Below, piece after piece: positions 25,239 through 32,329 of a DNA stretch of 32,329 nt (position 1 is its first letter; the number at the start of each line of letters is the position of its first letter). The notes under the pieces were generated by a model. That model saw nothing but the letters and a program-made list of their open reading frames with translations. It was not told the DNA's origin and made no database searches. The stretch comes from a virus. Its lineage: Duplodnaviria; Caudoviricetes. The stretch is from positions 1 through 32,329 of the IMG/VR virus record IMGVR_UViG_3300044724_000778. One strand, written 5' to 3'. The translations under genes and the position numbers were made by a program.

Positions 25239-28200
25239 TAGTTACTCCTATCGAAATCGAATATATTTGCTGATCTAAATCCTTTACCCGTACCGTCTGT
25301 AGTGTTTGTTCTACCTTCTCCCTCTTGGGTCATGGTTGCTCTGTAGATAGATAGAAGAGGTGGTCTTCCTCCAACTTTATGAGAGCAGTGTTTCGCATTA
25401 GCAAAGGTATTACTTGCCGATTCATCTATCCTAACCCTGTTTACAAAGGAAGGATCAACGAAGTCCTTGACATGGTAATAGCCTGAGAAATCCCATTTAT
25501 CAGCTAAGTTAGGACCTAGCTTCTCTTCATTTCTAACTGAACCCGAAACTAAAAGCAAGTCAGCCGCTATCAATGTAGCAATATCATCAGAGACTGAACT
25601 GCAAGGCCCTGAAGCATGATAACCTTGAGCAAATGCTTGAGCAACAACATTAGACTCGTTGTCATCTATTGCAGTACCCGAAACATGGAACAAGAGATTC
25701 GCTGCGGGATTGACAGAGTAGTATATTCTAAAGGGTCCTCTGTTGTAAGGACCACTTTGACCATACATTCCATACCATCTCCAGGCAGTAATTGCACCTC
25801 CACCGACTTCTCCATGATTTCTACTTGGAACATACAGTTCTCCACCACCTGAGTAATCAATCGCTAGGTCACCGTTATTCACTAAATACTGGTACTTAGC
25901 AACACCTATGGCGTTATCAGAAAGCAAACCCTTAGTAGGAGTATCTGAGTTTTCTACTAAGGGAACCCACTCACCATAACTATCTAAAATCGAAGCATTA
26001 CCATAAGTATCATCGTACTCGTAATGAGTTCTAGCTGGCTCATATGAAGTGTCAGTCCATGAAGCAGAAGTACCGTAATTCTGTCCTGTGAATCCACTTC
26101 TACCCATGGCAGAAGTGTTAGCTGTCCCTTGACCAGTATACCAAGTAGTTCCAGGTTTTTGCCATACACCTCTAGGACCGTAGTAATTGGCCTGTGAAGG
26201 ATATAATCCAGACACGGAGCAATAAGCTGCGTTCATATGAGAACCATCACCTATGTTCCATATTCTTAAGTTATAGCACCCTGCATTATTATCAGGACGG
26301 CTAGGATCAAAGTATTCTTTGTCAGCGTTTACTGGGCCGGGAATAAAGTGAACATTAGTAACATCAATCCTACTTCCGTTTAATACCCTAGTGCAGAATC
26401 CTCCAGTAGAAAGCTTTTGTTGGAATTCAGTTTCTGTTATAGCAGTATAATCTTCCTCTAAGAAACTTGCAAATGCTCCTTTGTAATCTCCTATAGCGGT
26501 ATGAGCACCAAAGGTTCCATAAGTTATAGGATCTGACTCTGAGTTAGTTTTGTTGGAATAATTATCAGTAAGAGAGAAAGTGCTACTTACTTCATTATCG
26601 GTAGTGTCAGAATTAGGGAGCATTATCATGCATCCACTAGAGAAGTATGACGATACATTGTACTGAAAAACATTTCCTGTAATATCATCACCCGTTCCGT
26701 AGTCCGCAGAGGAAACTGATGAACCTATGTCAGCTACATCCCAAGTAGAGTGATAGTCTCCAAGGTCCCTCATACTAATGTAAGACCCGTGGTCAGCCAC
26801 AAGGCAAGATCTAGTTGCATGAAGCTCAACACTAGTATGGTTTTCTTTAGCAGACAAGCTCCACTCGTTTATACCTAAAGCGCCCTCATGGTCTGAGTGA
26901 GGCATAAACCTTACTGATGAGTTATTATCGGCAAGTGCATCAACGGAGAATTGTCCTATAAAGGTTGGACCCATGAAGTTGATATTTGAGTTGTTGTTTG
27001 CGAAAACTCCAACACACCTTCTTTGCAGTGAAGGCTCATCGGGACCTACTAGTTGTGTAGCTCCATAGGATGTTCCATGGAAATCAACAGAAGACCCTTT
27101 ATCAGCATGAAGTAAACATCCTTTTACGGTTCTCTGCGTGTAAACAGTTGGCTGGAACACTGCGGCAGTTGTGTTAGCTCTAGGAGCATACATTCTTGCA
27201 TTACAGAACTGAGCGTAAGAGTTTGTAAGGACTATCGCCTGAGCTAAATTGGTTCCTTCTACCGTACTAGCATCAGTTCCTAAGTGGTTTGAGAAATGCA
27301 TTAACGGAGTAGTATCAACATAGTTGGTGTCCACATCATCTAGTTTAAAGGTAGAAGATTCCATCTTTAAATGCTGCCCGTTAGATGCGAAGGACATTTG
27401 ATAACTCCATGGAGTGTGAGCAAAATCTAGGGTTCTTCTAGAGTATTGGTTTAGGGTTGCTTGTCTTGCTTTCTCCACGGAATACTTAACATGGGAGTTT
27501 ATTAGGTGAAGTCCTTCATTCTGATTTGCTTCACAGCATATACCGTCTATGTAAAGTGTGGAGTTAGTTGCTTCAATTCCTTTGGTATTACTGTAAGCAG
27601 TTATCAAGCCTTTTACACTTATCTCTGAATTTACCGCCTCTATACCTTTACCATTCATGAAGAAGTTTAGAACGGTTGGAGAAGGATGACCAACAATTGT
27701 TTCAGCGAAACCGTCACCTCCAGTAAGGACTGAGTTGTGTAAGTAAGCTCCTACATCATTTCCTTGAATGTTGAAGAAGTATTCAGACCCTGATACATAA
27801 GTGTCTGTTACTACATTTAGGGTTGAGTTGTATGCCTTTAATCCGTAGGACTGCCCTCTTGTAGTTCCGCTTTCAACCTTATAGTTTCTACTAGATGCAA
27901 ATCCTCTTCTCAGATCTACATTAGAGTTGTTTACTAGAAGACCTACACCGCCGCCTCTCATAACTCCGAAGTTTTCAAGAGTTACTCGACTACTGTTATC
28001 AATAACTGCTCCTTCTAAATAGTCATGACTGTAAGGTGTGTAAGGAGTAGCTGTTTGATCCTCTGCTGGATCTACGATAAATCCTCTAATATAGATTGGA
28101 CCATCACAGTTCTTGATACTAAGTCTTCTTAAGAAGTTACCTGTGGTAAATCCGTGGAAACAAGTAGTTTGATTACCTTTGGCACCAGTTCTTCTAACCA

Positions 28201-29020
28201 AAGAGCCATCGTGTAAATTAATAGAAGATCCGTCAGCTACATTAGTGCTATAGTCATTAACATATGTGTTTACATGTTTATCACCTATAGGAAAGAATCT
28301 CACCGCATTAGCAGAAGTTCTTTGCAAACTCATTACGGAATCTAGCAAGAAATTAGAAACCATAGCATCAGTATAGAATCCCTGTCTAACTTGCCCAAAT
28401 CCTCTAGCCATCCCGTCACTTAAAGTCCCTCCGATCTCAACATTATTAGATGAGGCTAAAAGGCAAGATGTATCGTTTATGATATTTTCCATATCAATTG
28501 AGCTAACTTGATATGGAACATTGAACTCAACTCCGTCTACAGTATAAACAAGGGCAGAGAACTGGGATACCGTAGTAGCATCATTAGGTGCTCCGATAAT
28601 CCTTACACCTGTTCTGTTTACAATCTCTAAGGCACCGTTTTGAGTACACTTAATATTATCAAGGCAAAGGTCACCTAGGTTTCCAGAAGCACAGACCTCG
28701 ATCAGCACAGGCATGTGAAGAACCTCAGGTAAAGCCTTGATAGCAGAGGATACATCTAGGAAGAAGTTGCAGCTTACATCTAGATGGCTAGGAATGGAAG
28801 AAGATACGGCTAGAACCATGCCAGGGAGTGAAGAGGTAGGCCATCCTAGCTTCTCCCAGAGGTAGTCGGTGCGCTCCTCTAGATCATATAATGGAAGGTT
28901 ATCCTGCTCCCAGTTGTAGAAAGAGCTAGTGTCGTGTTTTGTCACGAAAGGGTTCCAGTAGTCACTTAGTAGGACTCCTGCACTCACCGTATACAGATCG
29001 TTAATATCAAATCCAGCCAT
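25238..29020 (-). CDS. Tail spike/fibre-like protein with parallel beta-helix repeats (~1260 aa; start moved to ATG 29020)
   Basis: Recurrent G-hydrophobic-x-x-x-N-S coils (GLLVNNS, GLKAYNS, GAYLHNS, GIEAVNS, GIEATNS, GLHLINS); ATG lies just after the upstream stop. Confidence 0.7.
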   Translation of the reverse strand: MAGFDINDLYTVSAGVLLSDYWNPFVTKHDTSSFYNWEQDNLPLYDLEERTDYLWEKLGWPTSSLPGMVLAVSSSIPSHLDVSCNFFLDVSSAIKALPEVLHMPVLIEVCASGNLGDLCLDNIKCTQNGALEIVNRTGVRIIGAPNDATTVSQFSALVYTVDGVEFNVPYQVSSIDMENIINDTSCLLASSNNVEIGGTLSDGMARGFGQVRQGFYTDAMVSNFLLDSVMSLQRTSANAVRFFPIGDKHVNTYVNDYSTNVADGSSINLHDGSLVRRTGAKGNQTTCFHGFTTGNFLRRLSIKNCDGPIYIRGFIVDPAEDQTATPYTPYSHDYLEGAVIDNSSRVTLENFGVMRGGGVGLLVNNSNVDLRRGFASSRNYKVESGTTRGQSYGLKAYNSTLNVVTDTYVSGSEYFFNIQGNDVGAYLHNSVLTGGDGFAETIVGHPSPTVLNFFMNGKGIEAVNSEISVKGLITAYSNTKGIEATNSTLYIDGICCEANQNEGLHLINSHVKYSVEKARQATLNQYSRRTLDFAHTPWSYQMSFASNGQHLKMESSTFKLDDVDTNYVDTTPLMHFSNHLGTDASTVEGTNLAQAIVLTNSYAQFCNARMYAPRANTTAAVFQPTVYTQRTVKGCLLHADKGSSVDFHGTSYGATQLVGPDEPSLQRRCVGVFANNNSNINFMGPTFIGQFSVDALADNNSSVRFMPHSDHEGALGINEWSLSAKENHTSVELHATRSCLVADHGSYISMRDLGDYHSTWDVADIGSSVSSADYGTGDDITGNVFQYNVSSYFSSGCMIMLPNSDTTDNEVSSTFSLTDNYSNKTNSESDPITYGTFGAHTAIGDYKGAFASFLEEDYTAITETEFQQKLSTGGFCTRVLNGSRIDVTNVHFIPGPVNADKEYFDPSRPDNNAGCYNLRIWNIGDGSHMNAAYCSVSGLYPSQANYYGPRGVWQKPGTTWYTGQGTANTSAMGRSGFTGQNYGTSASWTDTSYEPARTHYEYDDTYGNASILDSYGEWVPLVENSDTPTKGLLSDNAIGVAKYQYLVNNGDLAIDYSGGGELYVPSRNHGEVGGGAITAWRWYGMYGQSGPYNRGPFRIYYSVNPAANLLFHVSGTAIDDNESNVVAQAFAQGYHASGPCSSVSDDIATLIAADLLLVSGSVRNEEKLGPNLADKWDFSGYYHVKDFVDPSFVNRVRIDESASNTFANAKHCSHKVGGRPPLLSIYRATMTQEGEGRTNTTDGTGKGFRSANIFDFDRSN

Positions 29021-29021
29021 G

Positions 29022-29606
29022 TTAGAATTGTATTGTCCAAACAAAAATTAACGAGTAATCACTCGTCTTGGTTATGCCTATGAAAGGTCTATAAGCAACT
29101 AGGATAGGAGCGGGCGTAGCCAACCCTCTTGGGTTTCTCATGAAGAGACCAATCTCATTCAATTGATCTCCTATGTTTGCTGTGTTAGGATCAAGAACAA
29201 TTGTAAACCTAACCGCTGTTCTATTTATCTTATGGATATTACTGAATCGTATTTTACCAAATACTTTACTAGATCCATACGCTCCATCCTCTATTGGAGT
29301 GAAGGTTTCTTTTACAAAACTAGGTTGAGTTCCATACTCTGTGCTAGTTAGAGGGTTTTGCAGCTTGTAAGTGGAGGCTCCGTAATCATTGAAATCACCA
29401 CTAGTACCTATCTGAAAGTTAATTATTTGGTAATCTGCTATAGAAGATGCGCCTGATGCAGAGAATAAATGAGATAGACCTACTCCCATACCTGAGGTAA
29501 TGGTGTTTCTCTCATCCCATACAAGCTCTTTCTCTTTGTCTCTATCTTCGTAGATCTTCCATATTTGAAGGCGACCTACTGGATTATATGAACTTTTGTT
29601 CTGCAT
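29022..29606 (-). CDS. Baseplate/tail-fibre anchor-type protein, paralogous to the N-terminus of the upstream gene
   Basis: NTITSGMGVGL, FQIGTS, LNEIGLFMRNP, LVAYRPF..ITK...FVWTIQF. Confidence 0.65.
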   Translation of the reverse strand: MQNKSSYNPVGRLQIWKIYEDRDKEKELVWDERNTITSGMGVGLSHLFSASGASSIADYQIINFQIGTSGDFNDYGASTYKLQNPLTSTEYGTQPSFVKETFTPIEDGAYGSSKVFGKIRFSNIHKINRTAVRFTIVLDPNTANIGDQLNEIGLFMRNPRGLATPAPILVAYRPFIGITKTSDYSLIFVWTIQF

Positions 29607-29634
29607 AGCTACCCATTGTATAATAGTATATATT

Positions 29635-32193
29635 TCAAGTCTTGTTGAAGGTCACTTTCTCGTTCCCGCTTCTTATAACACATTGGCCCAGAGGAGTAAA
29701 TACCGCATTACTATTAGGCTGGTATTCCCTTGGGTAATTAGTGTAAGGAGCAGCCTCTTGCGTTATTCCATATTCCCATTGACCCCAGGCTAGATAACAG
29801 CCTGACATGTCTACAGGTATATCTGTGCCAGTGACAGCGGTAGACCTAATAAATGATCCATTCCTCTCTCCAGGAAGGTTCCTTAAGTCACCCCCAGCGT
29901 CAACATTATAGTGTATGAAGAATTGAGAGGTAGCTCCTGAACCATCTAAACTTAATGGTGCATAAATACCTTCGTTAGTAAAGTCCTTATCCACTAACGC
30001 TGTTAAGTAAGCTCTATACCATCCTTTTTCCACACTAGCCCACTTGTCATCGTATGGCATACCGTTAGCTATATCGTAACCTACACCAGAGAACACGCCC
30101 GCGTCACTAAGTTGGCTATTGTTTGTCCAAAGACCATCTACACTAACTGCACTAAGGTACAATCCTCCGTTAGGATCCCAACCAAAGGTGGCTGATTTTC
30201 CTTTAGATGATATAGGAAGGGCGTCTTCTCTAGGCACTCCTAGCATACCCCTTGAGAATATATTTATAGTAAATGCCGCTGCTGGTTTTACAGGAGTGCC
30301 TTTGTGAACGACTCCAGCTTCAGCAATGTTTTTAACATATACAGAGAATGCTATAGAAGAACCGTCAGTAGTCCACTCAAAAGTTTGTTTTTGAGAGGGT
30401 CCTCCTGGAGATATGTTTCTTCCGTTTGGATTATCACTTGAGTAGTCTTTTCTAATCTTAGACGCTGCCCCGTAAATTTCTGGAGTTCCATCGGGCTTAC
30501 CTCTATGCCAAGCATAAAGTGAGCGGGGAGTATAGCACAGTTGAGCAGGCTGCTGTCCGTCAGGAGCAGACGCTTCTAATGAGCTTACTTGAGTGAAGAT
30601 ATCTAAAGGAGGAAATGCTGTCCAAAGATCATTGTTACTATGAACCTTTAGTGTAGGGTCTCCTGCAAACCACGCATATTTCGTTGCCCATGAACCAAAA
30701 GTCTCTGCATAGAACCCACTACCGTCTTTTGGTATGAATGAATTTTTATGTTCAAACAATAAGTTCGGATCAATATCGGTAGATGATAATGCTCTTGTAA
30801 ACCTGAAATCATTAGAGTGCATCATCTCGTTGTAGTAAGATGTTGCTGATAAAGTATTATAAGTCGATACAGTAACATTACCTGTTCCTGTGGTAGCTAC
30901 TGAGACTACTCCGCTAGAATCCCCTGCGGATATGGTAAGCACCGTGGAAGATGTAGACAACTCTCTACCAGATAGATGTAAATAAACCTGTATATCTTCA
31001 GCCAGCATTAAAGACTGACCGTTGTTGTAAGTTATATGAGCACTAACTTCAAGATTCTGGTCTGTATCGAGCGTAGTTGTTGGAGTAATTAACTCTACAA
31101 CAGGGGGTTTAAATGCTGAGTTCGCGTGTATATGAACTAAGAACTCATTGGAGAAATCTACTTTTACTGGATCTGGAATGTCCCTCTGACCAGTAAAGCT
31201 TCTTAATTTTAACGATGCTATTTTTGGAGAATGATAATCTATATTACTGATTCTGTTTACCTTAAACTTAATTTTCTTCCTAGACGATCCTTTTTCAAAC
31301 AATATTGGAGAAGATCCAGAGTCTATAACATAATGAGTTCCTGAAACTGCGTCTCCTCCCAAGTCATAATATAGGTAAGAGTCTTCTTCCACAGGTATTG
31401 GAGTCTCAACCACAATATCATAGGACTGTGGGGTGGTCAGATATTTTACAAAAGGTGCTGCTCCAACTCTATCAAACTTAGTTGAGGGAGAGAAGTAAAT
31501 ATATCTAGAATCAGCCTTTCCTTTATAAGCTAAAGTCTCGTCACTGAAATGTAATACCCAATCAATATCAATAGAGAAGTCCTCGCTCTTAGTTATAGGA
31601 TAGAACAAAGACTTATAAGCTGCTAGGCATGGCCTATCTCTAGACTCGAATACTTCAGGGTTCTTTATAAAAAGACCTAACTCAGAAATATCTTGACCGT
31701 TGCAAGAATTCTCGTCAAGGTGTATCTTTACATGTACCGCTCCGTCTACGAGTTTAGCTACTGGGTCATACTCAAACTGAACTAAAGACGCATCCTCGTA
31801 CACATAATTTAAATCAATAGCGTCCTCAAAAGGGTTTGTTACTGTTAGTATCTTCTTTTGTGTTGGTTTTAGAGTAGTGTCCTGTCCGTATTCATCTACG
31901 GTCAATGAAGAAGCTAGTTCGTAAAAGTTATTTCCTGTAGAGTCTTCCATAGTGGACTCCCACTTGTCAAACTCTCCCTTGATTAATCCCTTACCTACAA
32001 CGCTAGAAGTTCCAACCTGAAAATAACCTAGCTTGAAGTTATCCAGAGTGTATCTTGGATTTTGAGGGTTTAAGGTGAACATGTTGACCAAGGATATACC
32101 TAGACCATCCGTAATCATATTACGGTCCTTATTTAGGACAACCTCTCTAGTGCCATCCTTGTAAACCTTAGTTATTGTTACTTCACCAATCAT
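29635..32193 (-). CDS. Multi-domain fibre/baseplate protein: anchor domain, Ig/Calx-beta-like domain, carbohydrate-binding-like domain (852 aa; start moved to ATG 32193)
   Basis: NMITDGLG...ISELGLFIKNP...LAAYK...IDWVLHF; YDLGGDAVSGTHY...ILFEKGSSRKKI; GWYRAYLT...YLAWGQWEYG. ATG overlaps the upstream stop (ATGA). Confidence 0.65.
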   Translation of the reverse strand: MIGEVTITKVYKDGTREVVLNKDRNMITDGLGISLVNMFTLNPQNPRYTLDNFKLGYFQVGTSSVVGKGLIKGEFDKWESTMEDSTGNNFYELASSLTVDEYGQDTTLKPTQKKILTVTNPFEDAIDLNYVYEDASLVQFEYDPVAKLVDGAVHVKIHLDENSCNGQDISELGLFIKNPEVFESRDRPCLAAYKSLFYPITKSEDFSIDIDWVLHFSDETLAYKGKADSRYIYFSPSTKFDRVGAAPFVKYLTTPQSYDIVVETPIPVEEDSYLYYDLGGDAVSGTHYVIDSGSSPILFEKGSSRKKIKFKVNRISNIDYHSPKIASLKLRSFTGQRDIPDPVKVDFSNEFLVHIHANSAFKPPVVELITPTTTLDTDQNLEVSAHITYNNGQSLMLAEDIQVYLHLSGRELSTSSTVLTISAGDSSGVVSVATTGTGNVTVSTYNTLSATSYYNEMMHSNDFRFTRALSSTDIDPNLLFEHKNSFIPKDGSGFYAETFGSWATKYAWFAGDPTLKVHSNNDLWTAFPPLDIFTQVSSLEASAPDGQQPAQLCYTPRSLYAWHRGKPDGTPEIYGAASKIRKDYSSDNPNGRNISPGGPSQKQTFEWTTDGSSIAFSVYVKNIAEAGVVHKGTPVKPAAAFTINIFSRGMLGVPREDALPISSKGKSATFGWDPNGGLYLSAVSVDGLWTNNSQLSDAGVFSGVGYDIANGMPYDDKWASVEKGWYRAYLTALVDKDFTNEGIYAPLSLDGSGATSQFFIHYNVDAGGDLRNLPGERNGSFIRSTAVTGTDIPVDMSGCYLAWGQWEYGITQEAAPYTNYPREYQPNSNAVFTPLGQCVIRSGNEKVTFNKT

Positions 32194-32329
32194 AAGAACT
32201 TCAGCTTCCAAACTAGTTTAATGTTATCGTGATGAGCTACTCCAGCGTCACTACCGTTATCTCTAGATACTACAATATTGTCATTGAATGTTTTTTTGGC
32301 TATCAGTTTGTATACAGCGTCTTTTACAT
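32190..32329 (-). CDS. C-terminal end of an upstream structural gene (partial)
   Basis: Open frame VKDAVYKLIAKKTFNDNIVVSRDNGSDAGVAHHDNIKLVWKLKFL*; ends like the anchor-domain paralogs. Confidence 0.65.
   Translation of the reverse strand, partial: VKDAVYKLIAKKTFNDNIVVSRDNGSDAGVAHHDNIKLVWKLKFL

Noticed and set aside
1-32329. Stop-codon reassignment
   Set aside because: TAA, TAG and TGA all end well-recognised genes, long ORFs are intact in the standard code, and the polymerase breaks are frame changes rather than in-frame stops.
1-32329. tRNA, rRNA, integrase or transposase
   Set aside because: Intergenic gaps are all under about 80 bp and none shows such features; no ORF has matching motifs.

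Overview
A 32.3-kb fragment of a large T4-like contractile-tailed phage (myovirus), almost all on the minus strand. In transcription order (right to left) it carries: baseplate/fibre-type genes (three paralogous baseplate-anchor domains, a beta-helix spike-like protein, a 1272-aa half cysteine-rich protein, PAAR); a head module (core proteins, gp21 protease with a long basic extension, gp22 scaffold, gp23 capsid); neck and tail genes (gp13, gp14, gp15, gp18, gp19); and a replication/recombination block (Holliday resolvase, gp55-like late sigma, thyX, gp47/Mre11-like nuclease). The standout is a family A DNA polymerase of the SPO1-like UDG-exonuclease-polymerase architecture that is split into three consecutive ORFs. 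It has a degenerate UDG active site and unusual DNA-contact motifs, and a thioredoxin-like gene lacking CxxC lies just upstream. Also notable: a 12-aa capsid N-arm peptide copied exactly into another head gene using different codons, and compact symmetric -10 elements implying leaderless or bidirectional transcription. All homology calls come from motif recognition by eye; no database searches were run.
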